Positions 21,837-32,358 of a stretch of 64,000 bases of DNA are shown here, in pieces. The notes beneath the pieces were generated by a model. That model was not told the DNA's origin and made no database searches. It was given only the letters and a program-made list of their open reading frames with translations. The translations under genes and the position numbers were made by a program. Within the stretch, counting starts at the first letter, position 1. Every line of letters begins with the position of its first letter. The stretch is from an uncultured Veillonellaceae bacterium (GTDB taxonomy: Bacteria; Bacillota; Negativicutes; JARBTT01), in NCBI GenBank assembly GCA_963805085.1, contig CAWDTA010000001.1:256001-320000 (forward strand), read 5' to 3'.

Positions 21837-23306
21837 GTGAATTTATTTAACAAACCAGCACATGTGCTTCATGACATGTTAATAAATAAAGAAATTACAG
21901 CTGTAGAACTCACAAATGACCTTTTTGCTCGTATTGACGAAGTTGAAGGTGAAGTGAAAGCTTACATAACACAAACAAGAGAAGCTGCGCTAACAAAAGC
22001 AAAAGCTGTCGATGAAAAAATTGCTCGTGGTGAAGAAATTTCCTTCTTAGAAGGGATTCCTGGGGTTGTAAAAGATAACATTTGTACAAAAGGCGTAAAA
22101 ACGACTTGTGCATCAAAAATGTTAGAAAACTTTGTACCACCTTATAATGCTACGGTTGTTGAAAAATTAAATGCTGTGAATCCGGTAATCCTTGGTAAAG
22201 CGAATCTTGATGAATTCGCCATGGGCGGTTCTACGGAGAATTCAGCTTTTTATCCTACCCACAATCCTTGGAATATCGATTGTGTACCAGGTGGTTCTAG
22301 TGGTGGTTCCGCTGCTGCTGTTGCCGCAGGGACAGCGATTTGGTCACTTGGTTCTGATACTGGTGGATCTATTCGCCAACCAGCGTCCTTCTGTGGTCTT
22401 GTTGGGTTGAAACCTACATATGGTCGTGTTTCTCGTTTTGGGCTTGTTGCCTTTGCATCCTCCTTAGATCAAATTGGACCGATCACCCGCGATGTGACTG
22501 ACTGTGCACATTTAATGAATATCATTGCTGGTTATGATAAAAACGATTCTACTTCCATTAATGCCGAAGTGCCAGACTATACAAAATCTTTAACAAAAGA
22601 TGTAAAAGGTTTAAAAATTGGTCTACCAAAAGAATATTTTGTTAAAGGTATGGATGAGGACGTAGAAAAAGCAGTGCGCGCGGCAATAAAACAATTAGAA
22701 GATATGGGGGCAGAAATTGTAGAAGTTTCTATGCCTCATACAGAATATGCAATATCGGCCTATTATTTAATCGCAACGGCAGAAGCAAGTTCCAATCTCG
22801 CGCGTTATGATGGCGTAAGCTATGGTGCACGTGTCGAAGGTACTGATATTGTCGACATGTTTAAGAAAACACGTAGTGAAAAATTTGGTCAAGAAGTAAA
22901 ACGTCGTATCATGCTTGGTACTTATGCATTAAGTGCTGGCTACTATGATGCCTATTATCTACAAGCATTAAGAGTTCGTACTTTGGTAAAACAAGATTTT
23001 GATAAAGCTTTTGAAAAAGTCGATGTACTCGTTACGCCGATCGCGCCAACGCCAGCCTATAAAATTGGTGATATGGTGAGTGATCCAATGAAAATGTATT
23101 TACAAGACGTTTGTACGGTTCCTGTGAATTTATCTGGTGTACCGGGTATTTCTGTGCCATGTGGTTTTAGTGATGATGGTATGCCAATTGGCTTGCAAAT
23201 CATTGGGAAACCACTAGGGGAAGAAACTCTAATCCGCACTGCTTATACATTTGAACAAAACAATGAGTTTCACAAGAGCATTGCACCATTGCGGGAGGCT
23301 AAATAA
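21837..23306 (+). CDS. gatA: Asp/Glu-tRNA amidotransferase subunit A
   Basis: Amidase signature GGSSGGS and [11 protein letters not shown]; SSNLARYDG. Confidence 0.97.
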   Translation: MNLFNKPAHVLHDMLINKEITAVELTNDLFARIDEVEGEVKAYITQTREAALTKAKAVDEKIARGEEISFLEGIPGVVKDNICTKGVKTTCASKMLENFVPPYNATVVEKLNAVNPVILGKANLDEFAMGGSTENSAFYPTHNPWNIDCVPGGSSGGSAAAVAAGTAIWSLGSDTGGSIRQPASFCGLVGLKPTYGRVSRFGLVAFASSLDQIGPITRDVTDCAHLMNIIAGYDKNDSTSINAEVPDYTKSLTKDVKGLKIGLPKEYFVKGMDEDVEKAVRAAIKQLEDMGAEIVEVSMPHTEYAISAYYLIATAEASSNLARYDGVSYGARVEGTDIVDMFKKTRSEKFGQEVKRRIMLGTYALSAGYYDAYYLQALRVRTLVKQDFDKAFEKVDVLVTPIAPTPAYKIGDMVSDPMKMYLQDVCTVPVNLSGVPGISVPCGFSDDGMPIGLQIIGKPLGEETLIRTAYTFEQNNEFHKSIAPLREAK

Positions 23307-24745
23307 TGAGTTACGAAACAGTCGTTGGACTTGAAGTCCATAGTGAATTAAAAACCAATACAAAAATATTTTGTGGCTGCCCAACCACGTTTGGTGGCGC
23401 TCAAAATACCCATGTATGTCCAGTTTGTTTAGGCCTACCAGGAGTATTGCCAGTTATTAATGAAAAAGTAGTTGAGTTTGCAATCAAAGCAGGTCTTGCA
23501 CTAAATTGCAAAATTAATAAATTTAGTAAATTTGATCGTAAAAATTATTACTATCCAGATCTACCAAAGAACTTCCAAACTTCTCAATTCGATTTGCCAA
23601 TTGCTGAACATGGTTACTTAGATATTGAAGTGAACGGACAAACGAAACGTATTCGCATCACAAGAATCCATATGGAAGAAGATGCTGGTAAATTGGTTCA
23701 CTCGGGGACAACGATTAACGATTCGTCTTCCGCTTGCGTTGACTACAATCGTACGGGTGTACCATTGATCGAAATCGTATCCGAACCAGATTTATCAGGT
23801 CCAGAAGAAGCACGTGTTTACATGGAAAAAATCAAATCTATCTTAGAATATATTGATGTTTCTCATTGTAAGATGGAAGAAGGCAATCTTCGTGCCGATG
23901 TTAACGTATCGTTAAGAAAAACTGGTACAACAAAGCTTGGTACAAAAGCTGAAATGAAAAACCTGAACTCTTTCAAAATGATTGAAAGCGCACTTGCTTA
24001 TGAAATTGAACGTCAAACAGAAATTTTAGATGACGGCGGACACATTGTCCAAGAAACCCGTACTTGGGATGAAGCGAAAGGCATGACCGTTTCTATGCGC
24101 ACAAAAGAAGAAGCAAACGATTATCGCTATTTACCTGAACCAGATCTTGTGCCAATCATCACTTCCGATGAACAAATTGAAGCGATTCGGGCAGGGTTGC
24201 CAGAGCTTCCTGATGCACGTAAAAAACGTCTCATGGCAGATTGCGGTTTATCTGAATATGATGCTGCGATTATTACGACAACACGTCAAATGGCAGAATA
24301 CTTTGATGTCGCTATTGCACAAAAAGCCGATGCAAAATTAGTTGCAAACTGGATGATGGGAGATCTCGCGAAAAACTTAAATGGCGAAGGTAAATCCATT
24401 ACGGAAAGCCCAGTAACAGCTGAAAAATTAGCTGAGTTGGTTAATTTAATTAGCAAAGGTACGATTTCTAGTAAAATTGCTAAAACCGTGTTTGAGGAAA
24501 TGTGGAAAACTGGCGATGCTCCAGAAAAAATCGTAAAAGATAAAGGTTTAGTTCAAATTACCGATACGAAAGAAATTGAAGGCATCGTAGACAACGTTAT
24601 CGCTGCGAATCCAAAACCAGTCGAAGATTATAAAGCTGGTAATGCAAAATCCATTGGTTTCTTAGTGGGACAAATCATGAAACAAAGTAAGGGTAAAGCA
24701 AACCCAGCAATGGTAAATGACTTGTTAAAAGCAAAATTAGATTAA
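23306..24745 (+). CDS. gatB: Asp/Glu-tRNA amidotransferase subunit B
   Basis: [25 protein letters not shown] and DYRY motifs. Confidence 0.97.
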   Translation: MSYETVVGLEVHSELKTNTKIFCGCPTTFGGAQNTHVCPVCLGLPGVLPVINEKVVEFAIKAGLALNCKINKFSKFDRKNYYYPDLPKNFQTSQFDLPIAEHGYLDIEVNGQTKRIRITRIHMEEDAGKLVHSGTTINDSSSACVDYNRTGVPLIEIVSEPDLSGPEEARVYMEKIKSILEYIDVSHCKMEEGNLRADVNVSLRKTGTTKLGTKAEMKNLNSFKMIESALAYEIERQTEILDDGGHIVQETRTWDEAKGMTVSMRTKEEANDYRYLPEPDLVPIITSDEQIEAIRAGLPELPDARKKRLMADCGLSEYDAAIITTTRQMAEYFDVAIAQKADAKLVANWMMGDLAKNLNGEGKSITESPVTAEKLAELVNLISKGTISSKIAKTVFEEMWKTGDAPEKIVKDKGLVQITDTKEIEGIVDNVIAANPKPVEDYKAGNAKSIGFLVGQIMKQSKGKANPAMVNDLLKAKLD

Positions 24746-24772
24746 TTTTGTGGCATTACGACAAAACAGATG

Positions 24773-24800
24773 AACAGGGTGCGATTTCGCACCCTGTTTT
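24773..24800 (+). terminator. Intrinsic terminator after gatB
   Basis: AACAGGGTGCGA-TT-TCGCACCCTGTT-TT. Confidence 0.8.
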
Positions 24801-24957
24801 GCTTAGGGGAAAGGTAAGCAGCGCATTTATGCTAGGATTGTTTTATGCTATAATTGATACCATAATGATTGCAAAATTTGTTCCTGCGAACATGGGCGAA
24901 TACAAACTCCTAGGACAAACAGAAATTATTTTTAGTATGGTGTGATAATAAAATCAT

Positions 24958-25146
24958 CTATCTTCGTACCACTTATAAACTAGTACGAAGATAGGTTGTC
25001 GGTTGGCGAGAAGTGCTCAGATGCTAGGCGCAGCAAGAAGTTGCGAAGGAGTCGTACTTTTGTACGTCGACGAGCAGCACCTTGTTGCAACGACGCAGCT
25101 TATCGCCTGCCTGCGGCCTATCTGTCCATAGTATATCTACAATCGG
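24958..25146. repeat. Second, left-truncated copy of the MITE-like structured repeat
   Basis: Shares TTCGTACCACTTATAAACTAGTACGAAGATAGGTTG...AGATGCTAGG...GTACGTCGACGAG...TCTACAATC with 19094-19282. Confidence 0.85.
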
Positions 25147-25157
25147 GAGGTCAAAGT

Positions 25158-26228
25158 ATGAAACTTGGTTTGATTATCCTTGCTGGTGGTAAAAGTAGTC
25201 GCATGGGACGCGATAAGGCTTTTTTAGAGTGGCAAGAGAAAACGTTTATTGAACATATTTTAGAAAAGGCAAAACAAGCAAAGTTTAGTGAGATTGTGAT
25301 TGTAACGAATAAACCGGAACAATTTCAATTCTTAGATGTTGAGGTCATTTCAGATATTTATAGTCAAATGGGACCACTTTCCGGAATCCATGCTGGATTA
25401 GTCTATAATCAGTCGCAGTTTAGCTTGGTGATTCCTTGTGATATGCCGTTCATTGATTTTTCTTTAGTTAAGGAATTGGAACAATATATCAAGCAAGACT
25501 ATGCGGCAATTGTGCCAACGAAGAATGAAAAATATCAGCCGCTCATGGCTATTTATAGCAAAGAATGTATCAAATCAATTGAAAAATTGTTGTTGATTGA
25601 CAATGAACGTAAAGTGGATAAACTTTTCGATAGAGTCGTAACGAAATTTGTTGTTTTGGATGATACAGAAAATAATTTTTTTAATGTGAATACGCCAAAA
25701 GAATTTATTTTTGCTCAGGTGAAAGCTGCCAATCAAAAACGTAAGATTCCAATTGTATCGATTGTAGCCAGTAAATCTGGTACGGGAAAAACTACATTTA
25801 TTACAAAGTTGATTCCAAAACTAAAATCACTGGGAGTCAGAGTTGCTGTTGTAAAAAGTGACGATCATGGCTTTGAACTGGACAAAGAAGGCAAAGATAC
25901 TTGGCAATTTACTAAGGCCGGTGCAGATGCCGTTGCTATTGTAGCGCCAGATAAATATGCGATTATTCAACAGACGAAAGAAAAAGAACAGTTAGAAGAA
26001 GTCATTGCACTTATTCGTCATGTAGATTTGATTATCGTAGAAAGTCGTAGTCATGGGATTTTTCCAATACTAGAAATAGCAAGAGCTGGTGTAACAGAAT
26101 CTTTGATCAGTAATAAAGATCAATTGGTAGCGGTGATTAGCGATCAAAATGATTTTGCTACCGATAAAATCTTATTGCCATTAAATGCACCACAAGAGGT
26201 GGCAAAATTTATTGTAGAGATGATATGA
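25158..26228 (+). CDS. mobAB: Fused molybdenum cofactor guanylyltransferase MobA / MobB
   Basis: LAGGKSSRMGRDKA, GPLSGI, PCDMP and NVNTP (MobA), then SGTGKTT and GKDT (MobB); ATG at 25158 follows GGGAGG. Confidence 0.88.
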   Translation: MKLGLIILAGGKSSRMGRDKAFLEWQEKTFIEHILEKAKQAKFSEIVIVTNKPEQFQFLDVEVISDIYSQMGPLSGIHAGLVYNQSQFSLVIPCDMPFIDFSLVKELEQYIKQDYAAIVPTKNEKYQPLMAIYSKECIKSIEKLLLIDNERKVDKLFDRVVTKFVVLDDTENNFFNVNTPKEFIFAQVKAANQKRKIPIVSIVASKSGTGKTTFITKLIPKLKSLGVRVAVVKSDDHGFELDKEGKDTWQFTKAGADAVAIVAPDKYAIIQQTKEKEQLEEVIALIRHVDLIIVESRSHGIFPILEIARAGVTESLISNKDQLVAVISDQNDFATDKILLPLNAPQEVAKFIVEMI

Positions 26229-26251
26229 AAATAAACCAATAGATATTTAAG

Positions 26252-26296
26252 GCATCCTTTGAGCATCTTGAACAGGCTCATAAGGATGCTTTTTTC
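26252..26296 (+). terminator. Intrinsic terminator after mobAB
   Basis: GCATCCTTTGAGC...GCTCATAAGGATGC followed by T6. Confidence 0.75.
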
Positions 26297-26538
26297 ATTT
26301 GGACATTTTGATATATAAAGATAATTTAGAGAAAATAGTATAATTATTTCAAGGCAAAATTCAATTTGAATTTATCGGTAACTTTTGTCGAATATTGTAG
26401 AAAAATACATTATGATATATAATATTAATAGTATTATACTTGAATTTAATGGTATATTTTTAAGAAGATATACCATCAAATCATGAAAGGCAAACATTGC
26501 AGAATGCTACACGATTGATTGTAGAAGGAGGAAGTAAG

Positions 26539-28899
26539 ATGAATAAAGAAGTATTCCGTCTTTCAAGACGAAAATTTTTGAAATTATGTGGAATCGTTGG
26601 TGGTGGTTTGGTTGTTTCTGGAAATGTAGATGTTGGATTGAAAACAGCAACAGCAATGCAGGAGAAATCCGATGAGGTGAAAATTATACCAACTGTCGGA
26701 CGTAATAATTGTGGCGGTCGGTGTGTAATTAAAGCGCATGTAAAAGATGGTGCGATTATTCGTTTGAGTACGGATGATGAACCAGATACAGAAGAATGTC
26801 CTCAGGTTCGAGCGTGTCTTAGAGGGCGTAGTTACCGTAAAACATTTTTGAGTCCGGATCGTTTGAAATATCCGATGAAACGTGTAGGCGAACGTGGCGA
26901 GGGGAAGTTTGAGCGAATTAGCTGGGAAGAGGCTGTTGAAACGATTGCAAATGAAACAAAGAGAATCAAGGAGCAATATGGAGCGGCATCACGTTATGTG
27001 AATTATGCAAGCGGTAATCAAGGAATCTTTCGAGGTGATGCATTGATGCGTCGATTACTTGCCCTAGACGGTGGCTTTTTGAACTTCTATGGAAGTTATA
27101 GCACAATATGTACTGAAATCGCGACCCCTTACACTTATGGTACATCTGATACCGGAAATTCACCGGAGAGTTTTATGCACTCAAAACTGATTTTTTTATG
27201 GAGTTTTAATCCTGCTGAAACCATTCATGGTAGTTTGACTACATATCATTTAAAAAAGGCAAAAGAAAATGGAGCAAAGATTATTGTTGTTGATCCAAGA
27301 TGTTCTGATACGGTGACTGCTTTGGCTGATGAATGGATTGCAATTAAGCCAACAACAGATGCAGCAATGCTCGCTGCAATGTCTTATATTATTGTAACTT
27401 TAGGCCTGCATGATCAGAAATTTTTAGATACTTACTGCCAAGGTTTTGATGAGAAACATATGCCGGAAGGTTTTGAAAATGAGGAGACTGTAAAGGAATA
27501 CATTTTGGGAATAAAAGACGGAATTCCTAAAACACCGGAATGGGCTGAAAAGATTTGTGGCGTACCGGCAAATAAAATTAAGCAATTGGCAATTGAATAC
27601 GCAACGGCAAAGCCAGCGGCAATGATACAAGGCTGGGGAATTCAGCGTCAGGCAAATGCGGAACAGGCAGTCCGTTTCGGTACAGTTTTACCTGCTTTAA
27701 CTGGAAATATTGGAATCATCGGGGGCTGGGCTTGTGGACATGGCAAATACAGCAGGATTAAAACTCCGTCTATGCCAATGCCAGCTAACCCTTATAAAGG
27801 AAAAATTTCCTGTTTCTTATGGACAGATGCAATTGTACGCGGTAAAGAAATGACAGCAAAAGATGATGGTGTCACTGGAGTAAATAAGTTAGATGTTAAT
27901 ATCAAAATGATTTATAATATTGCTGGCAATACTTTAATCAATCAGCATTCTGATTGTAATAAAACTGCTGAAATTTTAAAGGATACCAGTAAATGTGAAT
28001 TTATAGTTTGCTCTGATCTTTTTATGACACCAAGTACGAAATTTGCAGATATTTTATTACCGGCGACTTCAATGTTTGAGGGAGAAAATATCGCAAACTG
28101 TGGAAATTGGAGTGAATATATTACATATTGTAATAAAGCAATTGAACCGATGTTTGAATGCCGTGATGACTATGATTGGATTTTAGATGTGGCAGAAAAA
28201 CTAGGCTTAGCAGAAAAGTTTTCAGAAGGTCATCGTAATGTTGGTGAGTGGTGTGAAAGTGCTTATAATCTTGCAAGAAAAAAAGATGTGCAGTTACCAA
28301 CTTTCGAAGAATTTAAGAAACGCGGAATTTTTAAATGGAAAGTAAAAGAACCCTATATCGCGTTTAAAAAGCAAATCGAAGACCCTGCAAAAAACCCATT
28401 TCCAACTCCATCAGGTAAAATTGAATTGTTTTCTCCTAAGTTGCAAAAAATGAATAATCCAAAAGAAATCCCTGCAATTCCTAAATATGTTCCTGCTTTT
28501 GAAGGACCAGAAGATCCGTTGATTCAAAAATATCCGTTGCAATGTATGGGATGGCATTACAAACGTCGCTGTCATTCAATGCATGATAATAATCCATGGA
28601 TGGAAGAAGCCGGACCACAGGTTATGTGGATGAATCCTGAGGATGCAAAAGTCCGTAAAATTAAAGACGGGGATAAAGTAGAGGTTTTCAATGATCGTGG
28701 CAGGGTACATATTTGCGTAAAAGTGACTTCGAGGATTATTCCGGGGGTAATTGCAATTCCACAAGGTGCTTGGTATACGCCGAATAAAGACGGCGTTGAC
28801 ATCAGGGGAAATATTAATACGTTGACAACGCAACGTCCTACACCTCTTGCAAAGGGCAATCCGCAGCATACAAATTTAGTAGAGGTCAAAGCGATATAA
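26539..28899 (+). CDS. dmsA: DMSO/selenate reductase family catalytic subunit (Mo-bisPGD, Tat exported)
   Basis: SRRKFLK Tat motif, NCGGRC...RACLRG, RLKYPMKR, GSYS Mo-ligand region, TPSGKIE; substrate not determinable from sequence. Confidence 0.85.
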   Translation: MNKEVFRLSRRKFLKLCGIVGGGLVVSGNVDVGLKTATAMQEKSDEVKIIPTVGRNNCGGRCVIKAHVKDGAIIRLSTDDEPDTEECPQVRACLRGRSYRKTFLSPDRLKYPMKRVGERGEGKFERISWEEAVETIANETKRIKEQYGAASRYVNYASGNQGIFRGDALMRRLLALDGGFLNFYGSYSTICTEIATPYTYGTSDTGNSPESFMHSKLIFLWSFNPAETIHGSLTTYHLKKAKENGAKIIVVDPRCSDTVTALADEWIAIKPTTDAAMLAAMSYIIVTLGLHDQKFLDTYCQGFDEKHMPEGFENEETVKEYILGIKDGIPKTPEWAEKICGVPANKIKQLAIEYATAKPAAMIQGWGIQRQANAEQAVRFGTVLPALTGNIGIIGGWACGHGKYSRIKTPSMPMPANPYKGKISCFLWTDAIVRGKEMTAKDDGVTGVNKLDVNIKMIYNIAGNTLINQHSDCNKTAEILKDTSKCEFIVCSDLFMTPSTKFADILLPATSMFEGENIANCGNWSEYITYCNKAIEPMFECRDDYDWILDVAEKLGLAEKFSEGHRNVGEWCESAYNLARKKDVQLPTFEEFKKRGIFKWKVKEPYIAFKKQIEDPAKNPFPTPSGKIELFSPKLQKMNNPKEIPAIPKYVPAFEGPEDPLIQKYPLQCMGWHYKRRCHSMHDNNPWMEEAGPQVMWMNPEDAKVRKIKDGDKVEVFNDRGRVHICVKVTSRIIPGVIAIPQGAWYTPNKDGVDIRGNINTLTTQRPTPLAKGNPQHTNLVEVKAI

Positions 28900-28915
28900 G
28901 AAGGGGGATCTAATA

Positions 28916-29485
28916 ATGCAATTAGGATTTGTACATGAAAGCAAATTTTGTACGGGGTGTAAGGCTTGTCAGATTGCCTGTAAAGATAAACATGATAGTG
29001 AAGTAGGGCAAAATTTTCGACGAGTGACAGATTTTGAAGGTGGAAATTTTGCAAAAGAAGGCGATGGATATATTAATAATGTTTACACTTATAGTTTAAG
29101 TATAAGTTGTAACCATTGTGCTGATCCAAAATGCGTAAAAAACTGTCCATCTGGAGCGATGAGAAAAGATATCAAAACAGGAATTGTTTCTGTGGATCAA
29201 GAAATTTGCATTGGTTGTGGATATTGTGCATGGTCTTGTCCGTATGGTGCACCTCAAATGAATCTAAAAACAGGAATCATGGGAAAATGTGATATGTGTA
29301 AGGATTTATTGGATAAAGGAGAAGAACCAGTATGTGTTGCAGCTTGTCCGCTTCGTCTGATTCATAATGGTAATATTGAAGAGTTGAGAAAAAAATATGC
29401 AAGTGTTGGAAAATGTAAAGTGATGCCAGATGAAAATATAACAAAACCATCATTGATTATTGTACCGCATAAAAATAGTTTATAA
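28916..29485 (+). CDS. dmsB: DMSO reductase Fe-S subunit
   Basis: Four Cys clusters: CTGCKAC, CNHC, CIGCGYC, CDMC. Confidence 0.88.
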   Translation: MQLGFVHESKFCTGCKACQIACKDKHDSEVGQNFRRVTDFEGGNFAKEGDGYINNVYTYSLSISCNHCADPKCVKNCPSGAMRKDIKTGIVSVDQEICIGCGYCAWSCPYGAPQMNLKTGIMGKCDMCKDLLDKGEEPVCVAACPLRLIHNGNIEELRKKYASVGKCKVMPDENITKPSLIIVPHKNSL

Positions 29486-29515
29486 GAGGAAAAGGAAAGC
29501 GAAGGGGGAAGCAAA

Positions 29516-30352
29516 ATGCACGGAGAATTTTATTTGGTGACTTATACAATACTTTCACAGGCGGCAATTGGACTGGCAATCATGCTATTTATAGCTAGCA
29601 GGGTCCTTGGTGAAGAAAAAAATAAAAGTAATTATAAAATGGGATATTTAATTAGTACGGTATTAATTTTACTCGCAATGGCAGTATCAGGCATGCATTT
29701 GGGAAGCCCGATGCGTGGTATGAATGCAATTATAAATATCGGAAGTTCATGGTTGAGTAGAGAAATATTTTTGACGGGGCTTTTTTTTGCATCTAGTGTA
29801 ATAGCATATTATATGATACATAAAAATAAAAATTTTCATTTTGCAGCACTAGCGAGTAGTGTTATCGGATTTTTTTGTGTTATTGGTCAAGCGGCAGTTT
29901 ACGCAAACACGATTATTCCGGCATGGGGAAGTGGACATGGATATGTAACTTTTATTGGTGCAACTATGGCAATGGGGGCGTTTTTAGGTGTCCTAGTTTT
30001 ATTTAAAGGAGGGGATGGATTTAACCAGGCAGGTGCAAAAAAATATATAACGATTGCAATGGTAATGGCTTTTGTTGGAGTTTTAATGCAGGCAGGTTTT
30101 TATTCAATATTTGCGGGGCATTTAGCTCAAACAGGTAAAGCGGGAATAGGATCGTTGGGATTATTATCGGAAAAGGGAACGATGATGGCAATACGGTGGA
30201 TTTGTAGTGCGATTGCGTTAGTCGGCTTAGGCGTAATTGTACATAAAAAAGAAGGAAACAGTATGTTATTTATGTTTACGCTTTTAATTTTTCTCGGAGA
30301 AATATTAAATAGAACTATGTTTTATGGTATTGGTATTGCAATTGGCTTATAA
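29516..30352 (+). CDS. dmsC: DmsC/YnfH family membrane anchor
   Basis: HLGSP, SSWLSRE and about 8 TM helices. Confidence 0.85.
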   Translation: MHGEFYLVTYTILSQAAIGLAIMLFIASRVLGEEKNKSNYKMGYLISTVLILLAMAVSGMHLGSPMRGMNAIINIGSSWLSREIFLTGLFFASSVIAYYMIHKNKNFHFAALASSVIGFFCVIGQAAVYANTIIPAWGSGHGYVTFIGATMAMGAFLGVLVLFKGGDGFNQAGAKKYITIAMVMAFVGVLMQAGFYSIFAGHLAQTGKAGIGSLGLLSEKGTMMAIRWICSAIALVGLGVIVHKKEGNSMLFMFTLLIFLGEILNRTMFYGIGIAIGL

Positions 30353-30393
30353 ATTTTGTACAAAAACGAATTAAGGGCGTGAAAATAATAGAT

Positions 30394-31062
30394 ATGGAGC
30401 AATTTGAACTGCAAGAAGTAATGAAGGTCAGACAATGGTTTTACCGTTTTTTTGCAATCTCTTTATTTGAAGAACCAAATCAAAAGCAAATGATAGAATA
30501 TATGAAATCTAATATTTTTTCTACAATGCTGAAGCAAGGAGAATCAGATGTAGGAATTTCACTTTTGGCAGCTAGTTTGGAAAAAATGCAACAATATAGC
30601 ACTAGTGATTGGAAAATAATGAGAGAGCACTATGCCTCTTTATTTGCTAATTCTGGATCGGTTTTGGTTTGCCCGTGGGAATCAGTTTATTCGAGTAAAG
30701 AACATATTATTTATGATGAGCATACTTTGGCGGTACAAGATTTTTATGAAAAATGGGGAGCTGAAATCATTGACCCGGGAAAAGGTCCTGCCGATCATAT
30801 TGGATTGGAATGTAGTTTTATGGCTTTTATGACCGGTGCTGCAGTTCAGCATATTATACAAGAAGATAAAACTTCATTAAAAGAAAATATGATGGCGCAA
30901 AAAACATTTTTAGAAAATCATTTATTGGTATTTTTAGAGAAGTTTTGTGATTTATTGCGAAAACGAACGACGATGGATTTTTATCAAGGGTTAGCGCAGT
31001 TTTTGCGTGCCTATATATTTGCTGATTTCAATTTCTTAGAGCAATGTTTATCTGAAAAATAA
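30394..31062 (+). CDS. dmsD: TorD/DmsD family chaperone
   Basis: PWESVY, PADHIGLE and FLENHL motifs; start could be the GTG at 30379. Confidence 0.85.
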   Translation: MEQFELQEVMKVRQWFYRFFAISLFEEPNQKQMIEYMKSNIFSTMLKQGESDVGISLLAASLEKMQQYSTSDWKIMREHYASLFANSGSVLVCPWESVYSSKEHIIYDEHTLAVQDFYEKWGAEIIDPGKGPADHIGLECSFMAFMTGAAVQHIIQEDKTSLKENMMAQKTFLENHLLVFLEKFCDLLRKRTTMDFYQGLAQFLRAYIFADFNFLEQCLSEK

Positions 31063-31081
31063 ATTATTTACGACGGGTTTT

Positions 31082-32056
31082 TTGCAAATGGAGGCTGCTA
31101 GAGTGGGAAAATTTCAAATTCAGTCAAAAAAATGCATCAATCATTTTAAAAATAGCGAATGTAATAAGTGTTCGGATTTATGCCCGCAGCAGGCAATTTC
31201 AAATGGTGTGATTGATATGAATAAATGTAATGCCTGTGGTCTTTGTTTGTCAGTGTGTCCGTCTAAAGCAGTGATATCAAGCATTGCGTATCAAAAAATT
31301 ATAGAAAGATTGACAAAGCAAAAAAAGATTTGTTTCTATTGTCAAAAGAAGCACGAAAATAGTTCATTTCCTTGTTTAGCTTTTTTAGATGCGCGGTTAT
31401 TATTTGCCATGGCTCAAAATCATGAGGTTGATGTTGATCTGTCAAATTGTGTTTATTGTAATCCTAAGATCTTAAACATTTTGAAAACTCGCTTGAATGA
31501 ATGTAATGCTGTTCTAATGAAGCAAGGAAAAGCTCCGGTGAATGTCATAGAGCGGGTAGAAGAAAGTCATATACAGAATGAGGAAATGAATCGTCGCCTT
31601 TTTTTGAAACAAATGTTGGGAGCAACTGTTTCTTTTATTGAATTGCTAAAGGCAGATCAATCAGAAGAAGTTTGCATTCCATGTCATTTTGAAGATTACA
31701 TACGAGCTGAAACAAATCAAAAAACTTTAGAAAAGAATCCGTTGTTTTTTTCCTGTGTTATTAATGAAGGGTGTAATGCTTGTGGTTTATGCAGGATGAT
31801 TTGTCCGCAAAAGGCTTTGCAGGGAATTTTAACAAAAAATGATTTTCTATTAAAGTTTGATACAACGCTTTGCTATCAATGTCAGGTTTGTGAAAATAAT
31901 TGTGTGAAAAATGCAATTTTGATTACGGAAGAACTGATGGAACCTAATGAATTTTCAATTTCGTTACCTTTATGTAAAAATTGTTGTCAACCTTTTCCCC
32001 CGATAGAAAATAGTGAAATTTGCATAAAATGTTATCAACAAAGCAAGATTTTTTAA
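31082..32056 (+). CDS. Multi-4Fe-4S ferredoxin-like protein
   Basis: Several CxxCxxCxxxCP motifs; internal NRRLFLK; start uncertain. Confidence 0.75.
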   Translation: MQMEAARVGKFQIQSKKCINHFKNSECNKCSDLCPQQAISNGVIDMNKCNACGLCLSVCPSKAVISSIAYQKIIERLTKQKKICFYCQKKHENSSFPCLAFLDARLLFAMAQNHEVDVDLSNCVYCNPKILNILKTRLNECNAVLMKQGKAPVNVIERVEESHIQNEEMNRRLFLKQMLGATVSFIELLKADQSEEVCIPCHFEDYIRAETNQKTLEKNPLFFSCVINEGCNACGLCRMICPQKALQGILTKNDFLLKFDTTLCYQCQVCENNCVKNAILITEELMEPNEFSISLPLCKNCCQPFPPIENSEICIKCYQQSKIF

Positions 32057-32153
32057 AGTGGTAGAATTTTTGTGTTTTATTATGAACACCTTCAAAAGGC
32101 TAGAAAACTTCAATGAGGGGCTATGCCTATAAATAAATTCACTACAATTTATG

Positions 32154-32193
32154 GGATGAAGGACATTGGAAAGTCTCACGTACGGTTTGATGA
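32154..32193 (+). mobile_element. Possible group II intron domain V relic
   Basis: TGAAGGACATTGGAAAG directly followed by TCTCACGTACGGTTTGATGA, the 3' arm of domain V; 5' arm missing. Confidence 0.4.
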
Positions 32194-32276
32194 TTTTTAC
32201 TAATAATTCTAAGCATTTCTCAGTATGTGTTATTTAAAACGAATGCAAAATCAAAAGCCAGCTTCGATTATAATAA

Positions 32277-32332
32277 AAAAGCTTCCTATCAGGTTTGTAT
32301 TTAGAAAAATCAAAACCGGATAGGAAGCTTTT
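32277..32332. terminator. Bidirectional terminator
   Basis: AAAAGCTTCCTATC...GATAGGAAGCTTTT. Confidence 0.8.
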
Positions 32333-32358
32333 ATTCTTAGGATCCATTCTAGCAGATA

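Noticed and set aside
24996-25157. 54-aa Arg-rich N-terminal extension of MobAB in the ORF track
   Set aside because: It is translated repeat-element DNA; the real start is the ATG at 25158 after GGGAGG
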